From the NCBI GenBank assembly GCA_029565735.1, contig JAKQNO010000123.1, forward strand, positions 2,474 to 66,473: 64,000 nucleotides of DNA, in the 5' to 3' direction. Positions 28,031 to 42,150 of the stretch are shown here, one piece after another. Made by a program: the position numbers and the translations under genes. This stretch comes from a bacterium. GTDB taxonomy: Bacteria; Oederibacteriota; PGYV01. How positions within the stretch are numbered: the stretch's first letter is position 1; each line of letters opens with the position of its first letter. The notes beneath the pieces are model-generated. The model searched no databases and was not told where the DNA came from. It worked only from the letters and a program-made list of their open reading frames with translations.

Positions 28031-28807
28031 TTATATTTTTAAAAAGATGCTTTTTTTCCCTGTTTCGGGATTGTCTGCCAAACCGAATTTATCAAAGCCA
28101 TAAGCTCCCCGTATATTTTCTTCCGTAAGTACCGTGTCAGTATTACCTGAGGCAATAACCTTTCCGCCTGACATAAGTATCACATTATCCGCAATGTCAA
28201 AAGCCGCGTTGATATCGTGCGTCACCATTATCACAGTTTTGCCTTTGTCCCTGCTTGCCTTTAAAATGCCAAAAATCTTTGCCTGATGCCCAATGTCAAG
28301 AAAAGCCGAAGGCTCATCAAGCAGCATCACCAAAGAGTCCTGGGCGATGGCGCGCGCTGCAAGCGCAAGCCTTTTTTCCCCGCCTGACAGCGATTTGAAT
28401 TCACGGTTTTTCTTATCCGCCATATCGCACAACTCCAGCGCTTCTTTTGCCGCTTTAACATCACGCTCATCAAGTATGCCAAGGGCGTTTCCATGCGGGC
28501 GCCTTCCCATTGCCGTTATCTCCCATACCGTATACCCGAATTCCTGTTCTTCAGACTGCGGCACATAGGAAAATATACCTGCCCTTTTTAACGCTGATTC
28601 TGTTTTAATATCTTTAGCGCCGATGGAAATCCCCCCCTGAAAAGGGGTGTAAATGCCTGCCAGCAGTTTTAACAGCGTTGTCTTTCCCGCGCCGTTTCTG
28701 CCCGCTATGACCGTAATCCTGCCCGCTGGTATTTCAAGGAAATCAATATCAAGCGTGAATTCAGCGCCGTATCTGAAAATAACAGACGAAAGTTTTATGC
28801 TGTCCAT
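28031..28807 (-). CDS. btuD: Cobalamin ABC transporter ATPase
   Basis: GRNGAGKTT, LSGGE, LLDEP, THD. Confidence 0.85.
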   Translation of the reverse strand: MDSIKLSSVIFRYGAEFTLDIDFLEIPAGRITVIAGRNGAGKTTLLKLLAGIYTPFQGGISIGAKDIKTESALKRAGIFSYVPQSEEQEFGYTVWEITAMGRRPHGNALGILDERDVKAAKEALELCDMADKKNREFKSLSGGEKRLALAARAIAQDSLVMLLDEPSAFLDIGHQAKIFGILKASRDKGKTVIMVTHDINAAFDIADNVILMSGGKVIASGNTDTVLTEENIRGAYGFDKFGLADNPETGKKSIFLKI

Positions 28808-28808
28808 A

Positions 28809-29777
28809 TCACTTTCCCCTTCGCGCAAGGATTATAAAAACAGGCGCGCCTATAAGTCCTGTTATAACGCCTACCGGAAGTTCTCCGGGCAGAAATGCCG
28901 TCCTTGCCGCGGTATCGCACAAAAGAAGAAACAGCGCGCCGGAAAAAGCGCAGGCTGGCAGAAGCAGCCTTAAATCCGGGCCCGTAAACTTTCTGACAGC
29001 ATGCGGCACCACCAGCCCGATAAACCCTATCACTCCGCTTAATGATACGGCGGCAGCGGTTAAAATGCTTGCCAGGATAAAATAAAAAAGCTTTAAAAAT
29101 TCAGCGTTAACTCCAAGAGTTGACGCCGTTTCCTCCCCTGACGACATTATGTTCAGGTCATTGGCATAAAACATTGCCGCGCCAAGCGCCGCTATAAGCA
29201 GTATTGCCGCAAACTTTATCTGCGTGTAATCCGACGCGGACAGGTCTCCCATAAGCCAGTAAATTACCTTTACAATGTCCCGGCTGTTTACCGCGCTTAA
29301 CAGCATTACAAGAGAAGACAGCATTGTGCCTGTCATGACGCCGGTTAACAGAAGGCGGGATGAATTTACCCTTCCTTCCTTAATGGAAACCCCGTAGACA
29401 AAAAATACGGCAAGCATAGCACCGGCAAACGCCGGCGCTATAATAAAAGTCAAACCTGATATTATTCCTATTGAAGCGCCTAAAGCCGCGCCGGACGAGA
29501 TTCCGGTTATAAACGGGTCAACAAGCGAATTTCTAAAAAGTGACTGCAGGACAGCGCCGCTTATGCCAAGCATCGCCCCGACAATCACAGCAAGAATAAT
29601 TCTTGGCAGCCTTAAGCCTGTTATTATCATATAGTCCGGTGTTCCATATCCGGCTCCGCCTAATATGGATACGATATCCATAAAAGATATCTTTGCCGAA
29701 CCAAAACATAAAGCCACGCCGGCAAAAATTACAAGCACGCCTGCCATAATCAGGGAAATCAGTATCCCTTTTTTCAT
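28809..29777 (-). CDS. btuC: FecCD/BtuC-family permease
   Basis: LRLPR, QSLFRN...P...GISSGA, GFIGLVVPH, GAPVF. Confidence 0.87.
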   Translation of the reverse strand: MKKGILISLIMAGVLVIFAGVALCFGSAKISFMDIVSILGGAGYGTPDYMIITGLRLPRIILAVIVGAMLGISGAVLQSLFRNSLVDPFITGISSGAALGASIGIISGLTFIIAPAFAGAMLAVFFVYGVSIKEGRVNSSRLLLTGVMTGTMLSSLVMLLSAVNSRDIVKVIYWLMGDLSASDYTQIKFAAILLIAALGAAMFYANDLNIMSSGEETASTLGVNAEFLKLFYFILASILTAAAVSLSGVIGFIGLVVPHAVRKFTGPDLRLLLPACAFSGALFLLLCDTAARTAFLPGELPVGVITGLIGAPVFIILARRGK

Positions 29778-30631
29778 TCTGCTTTATCCTCTTTTAATAT
29801 TTTCTCTATTGTTTCTATGGCTTCAATCACCCTTGGCCCCGGTCTCATTACAGTGTCAAGAGCCGCTCCCGTTACCGCTGTTATTCCGCCTGTTTTTCCG
29901 GCTTTTGTCGCGGAAAAATACGGCCTTTGCCTGTAATTCTTTTCCGGCGCGTAAAAAAGCAGTATTTTTTCAGGATCAGCTTTTATAATTTCTTCTTTGG
30001 ATATTTTGGGATACTCGCCGGCGGAGTTTACCGCATTAATGCCGCCTGCCGCGTTTATTATTTTCCCGGTGAAAGAATTACCCGAAACAGCCATAAGCGG
30101 TTCGCCCCAGATTTCAGCGTATACCTTTACCGGGCGGGATTTTTTTGACAAAGCTTTTTTCAGTTTCTTTTCAAAAGCAAGTATCTTTTTTTCCGACTTC
30201 CCGCCGCCGCCCAAAAGCGAATTTAACTTTCTCATATCAGAGGCTATATCGGACAATTCCCTTGGATAAAGGACAATTACAGGCACTCCCATTGATTCAA
30301 GCTTGTAAATGACGCCTTTTTGCACGCCTCCGCCTGATATTACCGCCTGAGGCCCAAGGCTGATTATCTTTTCTTTATCCGGATTCATAAAATCCCCGGC
30401 TTTGGCAAGAAGTTTTGCCTTCGGCGGGTAGTCGCAGTTTTTTGAAACTGCCGCAAGTTTTTCTTCAAGGCCAAGGTAATATATCATCTCCGTATGCGCG
30501 GGAGATATGCACACTATTTTATTAACAGGCCCTTTCACTTCCACAGTCCTGCCGACATCATCGGTTATGGTTAAAGCGCCTGCTCCGGATGCCGCAAACA
30601 GCAGAACGGTTATTAACAGTATTTTTTTCAA
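29774..30631 (-). CDS. btuF: Periplasmic cobalamin-binding protein
   Basis: Signal peptide; ISPAHTE, CDYP, RPGPR. Confidence 0.87.
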   Translation of the reverse strand: MKKILLITVLLFAASGAGALTITDDVGRTVEVKGPVNKIVCISPAHTEMIYYLGLEEKLAAVSKNCDYPPKAKLLAKAGDFMNPDKEKIISLGPQAVISGGGVQKGVIYKLESMGVPVIVLYPRELSDIASDMRKLNSLLGGGGKSEKKILAFEKKLKKALSKKSRPVKVYAEIWGEPLMAVSGNSFTGKIINAAGGINAVNSAGEYPKISKEEIIKADPEKILLFYAPEKNYRQRPYFSATKAGKTGGITAVTGAALDTVMRPGPRVIEAIETIEKILKEDKAE

Positions 30632-30649
30632 AACAGCTCCTTTAACTTG

Positions 30650-31177
30650 TCAGTACTCTATTCCTTTTCTTGCCTTCATTCCGGTTTTAAACGGGTGCTT
30701 AATTTCTTTCATCTCCGTCACAAGGGATGCGGCTTTTTTTAAACCCGCTCCCGCGCCCCTGCCGGTTAAGATAATTTCAACGCCCGCAGGCCTGGAATCA
30801 ATCATTGAAATAAGTTCTTTTTCCGTTATCAGTTCAAGATTTATCAGGTGAACGGCTTCATCCAGCACCGCTACATCATACTTTCCGGAATTAATCTCCT
30901 TAAAAGCGTTTAACAGGTCGTCTTTCACCGCTTCTTTTAATTCTTCCATGTCTATATTTCTTTCAAAAAAAGGCGACATTTCGTCATACTTAATAAACCT
31001 GATATTTTTCTGTTTTTTCAAAACCTCTTCTTCTCCGGAAGCTGTCTTTCCATTTTTTAAAAACTGACAGAAAAGCACCTTCATTCCGGCGCCGCACGCC
31101 CTTACAGCCGCGCCTACGGCAGCCGTGGTCTTGCCTTTTCCATCGCCTGTATAAATCTGAACCATCCCCTTTTTCAT
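30650..31177 (-). CDS. cobO: Cob(I)alamin adenosyltransferase
   Basis: YTGDGKGKTTAA, QFLK, LDE, LTGR, KHPF, ARKGIEY. Confidence 0.93.
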   Translation of the reverse strand: MKKGMVQIYTGDGKGKTTAAVGAAVRACGAGMKVLFCQFLKNGKTASGEEEVLKKQKNIRFIKYDEMSPFFERNIDMEELKEAVKDDLLNAFKEINSGKYDVAVLDEAVHLINLELITEKELISMIDSRPAGVEIILTGRGAGAGLKKAASLVTEMKEIKHPFKTGMKARKGIEY

Positions 31178-31186
31178 ACACCCTCC

Positions 31187-31264
31187 TGTCAGTTTACAGT
31201 TTGTTACCTTTCACCTATCCCCTCTCACCTGTCAGCTCTTTCCTGCCGCCTTTCTACTGTCTGA
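31187..31264. repeat. Degenerate heptamer tract
   Basis: tgttacc tttcacc tatcccc tctcacc tgtcagc tctttcc tgccgcc tttctac in 7-nt phase. Confidence 0.6.
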
Positions 31265-31266
31265 AA

Positions 31267-31875
31267 CTACACTCCCTTTAAATGCTCTCTTATTTCATCC
31301 CTGTCTTTTTTTGAAAGATGGGAAATGCTGTTAAAAAGAGTCACAAAAAAAGCGTTTCTTTGTTTATTGTAATGAATTTCGGAAATAGAGGCGTTATACA
31401 TCCTTAACCTTTTGTAATTTTTCGGCTCCAGAACAACCGCAAGTATTCCCCTTACCACGCCGCCGTGGCACACAATAATAATATTTGCACCGGATTTATG
31501 CCCTTTTATAACCCGTACAAAACCCTTTTTGATCCGCTTAAAAAAAACGGTGTCATTTTCCACGCCGTAATCTTCATCCCTTAAACCGGATTCATACTTT
31601 TCGCCTTCCAGTTTCCCGTAATGGCGTTCGCGGAACAGTTTTTCTTCCCTGATTTTACCTTTAAATCCGGACACGGCTTTTATCTGTTTAGCGGTTTGAA
31701 CCGCGCGCATAAGGTCGCTTGAATACACAGCGTCAATTCTTTTGCCGCAAAATTCTTTGCCTATGCGTTTTGCCTGTGACAGCCCTTTGCTGTTTAGCGG
31801 TATATCTGTCTGTCCCTGAAATAAAAGCCTTTTATTCCAGTCGGTCTCTCCGTGCCTTACAAGGTATATGTTCAT
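31267..31875 (-). CDS. cobC: Histidine phosphatase (CobC-like alpha-ribazole phosphatase)
   Basis: RHGET, SSDLMRA, ER, HGG; first gene after the B12 riboswitch. Confidence 0.75.
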   Translation of the reverse strand: MNIYLVRHGETDWNKRLLFQGQTDIPLNSKGLSQAKRIGKEFCGKRIDAVYSSDLMRAVQTAKQIKAVSGFKGKIREEKLFRERHYGKLEGEKYESGLRDEDYGVENDTVFFKRIKKGFVRVIKGHKSGANIIIVCHGGVVRGILAVVLEPKNYKRLRMYNASISEIHYNKQRNAFFVTLFNSISHLSKKDRDEIREHLKGV

Positions 31876-31894
31876 TTTCATCTCCGTATAAAAT

Positions 31895-31917
31895 AAAAAA
31901 CCCGGCAACGCGCCGGG
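31895..31917 (-). terminator. Intrinsic terminator (riboswitch expression platform)
   Basis: CCCGGC/GCCGGG stem followed by U6, upstream of the cobC SD. Confidence 0.8.
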
Positions 31918-31939
31918 ATTAAAAACAAAACATCTTCTT

Positions 31940-32059
31940 CCTTTTGCGCGAAAGTACTTGCCGTTTTAACAGTGGACCGGGCTCGCCTTTTTGGCTTTAC
32001 CGTTGCGCGACAGCGCCCCGAATCTAACGGGGACTTCCCCTGCAAAAACGTGTTCTGTA
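31940..32059 (-). ncRNA. Cobalamin riboswitch (short variant)
   Basis: GGGAAGUC-CCCG-UUAGAUU-CGGG-GCGCUGUCGCGCAACGGUAA...GAGCCCGG core, upstream of B12 salvage genes; TTGACA-17 nt-TAACGT promoter just upstream. Confidence 0.88.
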
Positions 32060-32125
32060 TAAACGTTAGCACATATAAACACCGGTGTCAAGAAGCCCGG
32101 TAAGACGCGAGGGTCGGAGGGTCAG

Positions 32126-32478
32126 AAATAAGAGCAAACATCGAAATTCGAGATTCGAAAATTAGATTAACACCTGCAGGGGTTGGGTGTGTTTTTTCGG
32201 GGCGTGCCGCCCTAACCTGCCGTGTATACAGCAGGGACTGTTTAATGCATCGGCGGCATATTCGGATGTGACGCGGGTTCCCGATTGCCAATGAATTAAC
32301 TTCCTGTTGATTTCAAACTTATTCGGATGCAAGAACACCAATTCGCGGCGCGCTCTGAAAAAATATACCCAAGCCCTGTAGGGCAGAGGGACGGATGTGC
32401 GGAGAGTCTGAGAGACGAAAATAAGAGCAACCATCGAAATTCGAGATTCGAAAATTAGATTAACACCCGCAGGGGTTG
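32126..32478. repeat. 60-bp direct repeat, 293 bp apart
   Basis: 32126-32185 versus 32419-32478 with 2 mismatches. Confidence 0.9.
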
Positions 32479-32526
32479 CGTGTTTTTTTAGAGCGTGATG
32501 TGAGTTTTCCTCCAAAAATATAAAAT

Positions 32527-32555
32527 AAAAAAGCCCCGGATTTCTCCGGGGCTTT
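32527..32555 (-). terminator. Intrinsic terminator after ferredoxin
   Basis: AAAGCCCCGGA-GAAA-TCCGGGGCTTT plus U tract. Confidence 0.88.
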
Positions 32556-32570
32556 GGGTTTAGCTTAAAA

Positions 32571-32801
32571 CTATTCGCCGTCGTCGCCGATAGCTGACGA
32601 AGGGCACGATTCCATTGCTTCTTTACATGCCGCTTCCTGATCAGCCGAAGGCTGAGCGGAAACATAAGCATACGAACCGTCATCTTTTAACTTAAAGTTA
32701 TCCGGCGCCAATCCTTCGCATATTCCGCAGGATGTGCACTGATCATCAACGTAGTACTTTCCCGCGACGTTGTCCGCGTTCTTTGCTGCTTTGTTTGCCA
32801 T
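32571..32801 (-). CDS. Single-cluster ferredoxin
   Basis: YVDDQCTSCGICEGLAPDNF...AMESCPSSAI; SD AGGAGG. Confidence 0.92.
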   Translation of the reverse strand: MANKAAKNADNVAGKYYVDDQCTSCGICEGLAPDNFKLKDDGSYAYVSAQPSADQEAACKEAMESCPSSAIGDDGE

Positions 32802-32827
32802 TTCTGTTCCTCCTGAAATAAAATATG

Positions 32828-33412
32828 TTAACGCCTTAATATCTTTTTTCCGTCAGTCATGTCAATTACCGTTGACGCCTTGCCTTTGACTATCTTATCA
32901 AATTGAACACAAATATCAACATTTTTTAAAATTTCTTTATCAATATCCTTAAACTTTACCGGGGTCGCCGCGCCGGAAAAATTCGCGGATGTGGCTGCCA
33001 GCGGCGCTTTTAAACATGCTATTATGCCGTTAATAACCGCGGAGTCAACCACCCTTACGCCTACGGTTTTATTGATGAACTTCATTTTTTCAACGCCTGC
33101 CGGTTTTGCTTTGAATATAAGCGTATACGGGCCGGGCAGTTTTTCTTCAAGAAAGGCTTTGTGTCCGGTGCCAATTACCGCAATTTTTTTAATCTCTTTT
33201 AATGAAGCTACAAAGACCTGCAGCGGCTTTGAAAAATCCCTGCCTTTTAAACAGTATATTTTTTTGACGGCTTTTTTATTATCGGCAAGGCAGAAAAATC
33301 CGTAAACAGTGTCTGTCGGAAGGATTGCGATTCCGCCTTTTTTTATTATATCCGCGGCAAGTTTTAACTGCTTTGCGTCAGGAACGCCTTTTATGACCAT
33401 TGCTGTATTCAT
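32828..33412 (-). CDS. tsaC: Threonylcarbamoyl-AMP synthase (Sua5/YrdC)
   Basis: PTDTVYG, KGR...KPL, PGPYT, TSAN, STVID. Confidence 0.9.
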   Translation of the reverse strand: MNTAMVIKGVPDAKQLKLAADIIKKGGIAILPTDTVYGFFCLADNKKAVKKIYCLKGRDFSKPLQVFVASLKEIKKIAVIGTGHKAFLEEKLPGPYTLIFKAKPAGVEKMKFINKTVGVRVVDSAVINGIIACLKAPLAATSANFSGAATPVKFKDIDKEILKNVDICVQFDKIVKGKASTVIDMTDGKKILRR

Positions 33413-33427
33413 CTGTTCTCCGGCGGA

Positions 33428-33946
33428 TTATTTATTTCCTTCAAGATACTTCTTAATGCCTGACTTCTGAAGTTTTGCGTCCTTTTCTTTTACTGATAAT
33501 GCAAGTTTTTTCTTGTAAGCCGCAAGTTTCTTTTTTAAGGCCGGATATTTTACCGCAAGTATCTGCGCCGCAAAAACCCCGGCGTTTACAGCCCCGGCTT
33601 TCCCTATCGCCATGCAGCCTACAGGCACGCCCTGCGGCATCTGTACCATGGAATATAAGGCATCAACGCCGTTTAAAGGCCCGCCCGCCATAGGCACGGT
33701 TATCACCGGTTTTATTGTCTCCGCAGCCATTACACCGCCAAGATGCGCGGCAAGCCCTGCTGCCGCAATAATTACTTCGCACCCCTGTTTATCCGCTTCT
33801 GCCAGAAACGCTTTTACCTTTGAAGGTGTCCTGTGCGCGGAAGTTATGCTTACAAACGATTCTATGCCGAACTGCGCCAGCGTATTTACCGTTTCATTCA
33901 TTATAATTAAATCACTGTCACTTCCCATTACTATCGCCGCTTTCAT
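33428..33946 (-). CDS. purE: N5-CAIR mutase
   Basis: MGSDSD, SAHRTP, AGLAAHL, VQMP.G.PV; start placed at the ATG after GGAGG. Confidence 0.96.
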   Translation of the reverse strand: MKAAIVMGSDSDLIIMNETVNTLAQFGIESFVSITSAHRTPSKVKAFLAEADKQGCEVIIAAAGLAAHLGGVMAAETIKPVITVPMAGGPLNGVDALYSMVQMPQGVPVGCMAIGKAGAVNAGVFAAQILAVKYPALKKKLAAYKKKLALSVKEKDAKLQKSGIKKYLEGNK

Positions 33947-33967
33947 ATTATTACCTCCTGATTTTAA

Positions 33968-34184
33968 ATAAACATAGCACTTTAGCACCTAAAGCAATTA
34001 AGCTATAGCGTAAACATAGCGTTTCAACGAATTAAGCAATTAAGCATAAGCGATATTTATAACATATAACCTTGTCCTTTTCTGCTTAATTGCTTAAGCC
34101 CTTACCGCTTCTGCTTTTCTGTTTTACGCTTAATTACTTTTCTTTTCCGCTTATGCTTATCTGCTTTATGCTTAATTGCTTAAG
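33968..34184. repeat. TAAGC-periodic inverted repeat, copy 4
   Basis: Perfect 18-bp IR 34032-34049 / 34166-34183; shares the AAACATAGCACTTTA module with 5751. Confidence 0.88.
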
Positions 34185-34188
34185 GCCT

Positions 34189-35463
34189 TTAATACTTCCC
34201 CGCCCTTTTCCCTATATCATGCCTGAACTGCGCGCCTTCAAAAGAAATTTTTCCTATTTCATCATAAACCTTTTTAATCGCGCCATCTATCGTGTTGTCA
34301 ACAGCCGTCAAAGCAAGCACCCTTCCGCCGCTTGTAACAATTTTATTTCCGTCTTTCTTTGTGCCCGCGTGAAAAACCATGACATCTTCGCGGCCTTCAA
34401 AACTGTCCAGCCCCTTTATCTCCCTGCCTTTTTCATAAGCCCCCGGATATCCTTTCGCCGCCATAACAACACAGATGGCGGATTTATTATGAATCTCCAG
34501 TTCAATCTCGTTTAGCTTGCCTTCAATACACGCAAGAAACACGTCAACTATGTCGCTTTTAATCAGCGGCAGGACAACCTGGGTTTCCGGGTCTCCAAAA
34601 CGCACGTTATATTCAAGCACCTTTGGCCCGTCTTTTGTAATCATCAGCCCGGCATAAAGGATTCCCCTGTATGTTATCCCTTCGCGTTTAAGGCCGTTCA
34701 CGGTTGCCGCAAGAATTTCTTTTTCTATTTTTTCAAGCATATCCGGTTTTATCAGCGGCGTCGGGGCATACGCGCCCATGCCTCCGGTATTTGGCCCTTC
34801 ATCGTTGTCAAAAATCCTTTTATGGTCCTGAGAAGGCGGAAGCGGTATTATTGTCTCACCGTCTGTGAACGCAAGTATGCTTGCCTCTTCGCCTTCAAGA
34901 AACTCCTCTATTACAATACGGGAGCCGGCCTCACCGAATTCCTTTTTTACCATAATATCATTTACGGCTGAAATTGCTTCCTGTTGGTTTTGGCAGATTA
35001 TAACGCCTTTGCCGGCCGCAAGCCCGTCTGCTTTTACCACTACCGGATATTTTTTATTGTTATTAATGTATTCAAGAGCCGGTTTCTCCGAGTCAAACTC
35101 GCCGAATTCCGCTGTGGGGATATTATTTTTCTTAAGCAGATTTTTGGTGAAAATCTTGCTGCCTTCCATCTGCGCCGCGTCTTCACAGGGGCCGAATATT
35201 TTAAGTTCATTTTCAGTAAACAAATCAACTATGCCGGCTGTCAGCGGCGCTTCGGGGCCCACTATGGTCAGATCAATTGCGTTGTCTATGGCAAAATTCA
35301 TAAGCCCTTCAAGGTCATCCGCGGAAATATTCACGTTTTCAGCGATACCCGCGGTTCCGGCATTGCCGGGCGCGCAGAATATCTTTGTCACTTTTTTGCT
35401 TTTCTTTACGCTGCTGCATATGGCGTGTTCACGGCCTCCGCCGCCGATAACAAGTACCTTCAT
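34189..35463 (-). CDS. purD: Phosphoribosylamine--glycine ligase
   Basis: GGGGREH, VGPEAPL, KADGLAAGKGV, GPNTGGMG, RFGDPE. Confidence 0.97.
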   Translation of the reverse strand: MKVLVIGGGGREHAICSSVKKSKKVTKIFCAPGNAGTAGIAENVNISADDLEGLMNFAIDNAIDLTIVGPEAPLTAGIVDLFTENELKIFGPCEDAAQMEGSKIFTKNLLKKNNIPTAEFGEFDSEKPALEYINNNKKYPVVVKADGLAAGKGVIICQNQQEAISAVNDIMVKKEFGEAGSRIVIEEFLEGEEASILAFTDGETIIPLPPSQDHKRIFDNDEGPNTGGMGAYAPTPLIKPDMLEKIEKEILAATVNGLKREGITYRGILYAGLMITKDGPKVLEYNVRFGDPETQVVLPLIKSDIVDVFLACIEGKLNEIELEIHNKSAICVVMAAKGYPGAYEKGREIKGLDSFEGREDVMVFHAGTKKDGNKIVTSGGRVLALTAVDNTIDGAIKKVYDEIGKISFEGAQFRHDIGKRAGKY

Positions 35464-35490
35464 TTTTTCCTCCGCTTTATCGGTTCCAAA

Positions 35491-37632
35491 TTATACTTTC
35501 CAGTTATACATTTCAAACTGCCTGTCAGGTACATGTATTATGGCAGAACCTTTTTCCGGTATGCGTTCAAATTCTTCACCGTTTTTATATATAACAGCCG
35601 TAAATTTTATTTCTCCCGGATATTTAATGCCTTTAAAATTTCTGTACGGCACAGCCGCTTCAAATATCCCGTCAGCCGCGCACCTTACGCCTTCGCGCTC
35701 CACATTTATGGATTCAAACACACGCCCCAAAGTGTTAAACTTCAGCCGCGAAGAATTTTCGCCTTCCGTGAACTTCACGTCTATTTCAAGCCCGCTGTCG
35801 CTTCTGATACCTTCATCCGAATCCATCCTGAAATAAAGTTCGTCATTATTAAAGCCATAAGAAAGCCTTTTGATATACTTTTCGGTCTTGTGCATGGCGC
35901 CGCCTTCTTTTGAAAGGTCAAAATAACCCGCGCCCTTCCATTCAAAAAAGTGCGACACCCTTCCGTTAATGACCGGATAAATAAACCGGGTGGGAACAAC
36001 GTGGAACGCGGCATCCACTTTGGATATCGGTATAAAAAGCTCGTCCGGCACGGCCATTCCCGTAATATTATAGACATTCATCAGGTGAAGCCTGTATAAG
36101 TTGTCAAATTCAGAATCATTTTTTGAGGAATGGTCGTCTCCGTACCACCAGTTCCAGTCGCTTCCTTCGGCTATATAAAGCGCTTCCCACGCCCTTTTTA
36201 ACTTATCACCCTCAGCCCGGTGTTCTATTTCCCAGTTTACAAGCGCTTCCCTGGTCTTTTTTAATAATTTCCACGACTTCCTGTCATCTTCGTGGCCTAT
36301 CCATATATGAAAATCGTGGTTTATCCAGGAACCGGGCCATAACTTTTTTATTACCGGCATTTCCTGCCATTGTTCAGTCATGTCTCCGATTGTTGAAGTG
36401 ATAATATCCGGACATTCCGAAAGTTTTGAATAAAGGGCGTTTAAGAAGTCCTTTCCGTCGTTGTTATAGTATTCCCAGCAGTTTTCCCCGTCCAGAATTA
36501 CATTCACGCAGGCGCGTTCTTCAGGCAGGGGTTCTTTAATCTTTTTTAATTCATTAATAAAATGCTCCGCCGCCTCCTGCGGATTCCATGAAGCGTAGGA
36601 AAAACCTATAAGGTCAGAAAGTTTAAGGTTTCTGAATACCATGTTTACGCGGCCGCTGTCCGTATTTACAAAATGCGGCTTATATATTGTTTCCTGTTTA
36701 AATTCCTCACCGGAAATCCACCGTGATTTGTACAGTATCTCCTGGTCCGTGGCCGCCCATTTAATTCCGTTTTTTGCCAGAAGGTTCATCACTTCCGGGC
36801 TTACGGAACCTTCCGAAGGCCACATCCCGACAGGGCGCCTGCCGAATTTTTCGCTTATGTATTCAAGCCCCTTTTTTATCTGCGCGTCCGCGTCTTCGGG
36901 ATAAGAAAATTCAAAATCAAGCGGAAGGCATTCCATACAGGCTTTCGCTGTTTTAACATCGTAGATAAGCGGAAGTATCGGATGATAAAAAGGCGTTGTG
37001 GAAACCTCAATACGCCCTTCTTTCCAGGCCTGCGAGTATTTGGGTATAATCATCTTTAAAATATCAATATGCCTGTCCAGCACATAGTTTTTTTCATCTT
37101 CGGTAAAATTCTCTCCCCTGTGTTTTAAATCGTTCAGTTCAGGAAAAATTTCCATAAAAACAGGGTCTATCCAGGTCAGGTTGAACCACGTCTGCAGGTC
37201 GCGGATTTCCTGTTCCGTAAAATTTTTATGGGTCTTTTTAAGTTCGTCAGGGTGTGAATTCTCCCCCCTCTTTTTCAGCAGGTACTTGTATCTTGGATAC
37301 GGGAATATCATGGTATCCCAGTTGGCCATAAAGAAATTAAACAGGATAAAAACTCTCTCGTCCTCATTTAAATCGCAAGGCTTTTTTCTGGTCATGTCCA
37401 TAAAGATATCCGTTGTGCCGTTTATATACTCTTCTATCTGAAGGATAAGCGAAGGTACAAGGTTAAAGTTCTGCCTGATTTTAGGGTACTTATCAAGTAT
37501 GGAAACCATATCATAATAATCCTTAACCCCGTGCATCCTCACCCACGGAAGTATGAATTTATCGGTTTCCACGTTTTTGTAATACGGCTGATGCATGTGC
37601 CATAATAATGTAAGATACAGCGGCTGCTTCAA
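35491..37632 (-). CDS. Glycoside hydrolase family 57 (amylopullulanase-like)
   Basis: HMHQP, WPSEG (nucleophile), LDGEN (acid/base), AEGSDWNWW; TTG start after GGAGGT; TTGTCT-17 nt-TATAAT promoter at 37696-37668. Confidence 0.9.
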   Translation of the reverse strand: MKQPLYLTLLWHMHQPYYKNVETDKFILPWVRMHGVKDYYDMVSILDKYPKIRQNFNLVPSLILQIEEYINGTTDIFMDMTRKKPCDLNEDERVFILFNFFMANWDTMIFPYPRYKYLLKKRGENSHPDELKKTHKNFTEQEIRDLQTWFNLTWIDPVFMEIFPELNDLKHRGENFTEDEKNYVLDRHIDILKMIIPKYSQAWKEGRIEVSTTPFYHPILPLIYDVKTAKACMECLPLDFEFSYPEDADAQIKKGLEYISEKFGRRPVGMWPSEGSVSPEVMNLLAKNGIKWAATDQEILYKSRWISGEEFKQETIYKPHFVNTDSGRVNMVFRNLKLSDLIGFSYASWNPQEAAEHFINELKKIKEPLPEERACVNVILDGENCWEYYNNDGKDFLNALYSKLSECPDIITSTIGDMTEQWQEMPVIKKLWPGSWINHDFHIWIGHEDDRKSWKLLKKTREALVNWEIEHRAEGDKLKRAWEALYIAEGSDWNWWYGDDHSSKNDSEFDNLYRLHLMNVYNITGMAVPDELFIPISKVDAAFHVVPTRFIYPVINGRVSHFFEWKGAGYFDLSKEGGAMHKTEKYIKRLSYGFNNDELYFRMDSDEGIRSDSGLEIDVKFTEGENSSRLKFNTLGRVFESINVEREGVRCAADGIFEAAVPYRNFKGIKYPGEIKFTAVIYKNGEEFERIPEKGSAIIHVPDRQFEMYNWKV

Positions 37633-37739
37633 ACTTATTACCTCCAAAGCATTTTAATAACCCGTTAATTATAATATATATGGATTACAAAGACAATTAT
37701 TATCCCAAACGGTATTCAGCACCGGTTTTACGGCTGTTT

Positions 37740-42039
<4,300 letters not shown>

Positions 42040-42101
42040 AAAAAGCCTCCGTATATGGGTTTTATTAAAGTGATTATATCATAACAAGCGGCCGTTTAAA
42101 T

Positions 42102-42134
42102 AAAAAAACCGCCGGCTTAAAAACCGGCGGTTTT
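42102..42134 (-). terminator. Intrinsic terminator, probably bidirectional
   Basis: AAAACCGCCGG-8 nt-CCGGCGGTTTT with A/T tracts on both sides. Confidence 0.85.
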
Positions 42135-42150
42135 AAGGCAATATAACTTA

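Noticed and set aside
32207..32240. Integron attC site (CCCTAAC)
   Set aside because: No matching GTTRRRY partner, no cassette ORF and no integrase.
32162..32683. 173-aa minus-strand ORF, and neighbours 32088-32291 and 31878-32072
   Set aside because: They overlap the ferredoxin out of frame, cross a terminator, or translate the repeat and riboswitch.
34865..35913. Two long plus-strand ORFs (323 and 309 aa)
   Set aside because: Antisense shadows of purD and GH57, with no SD or recognisable motifs.
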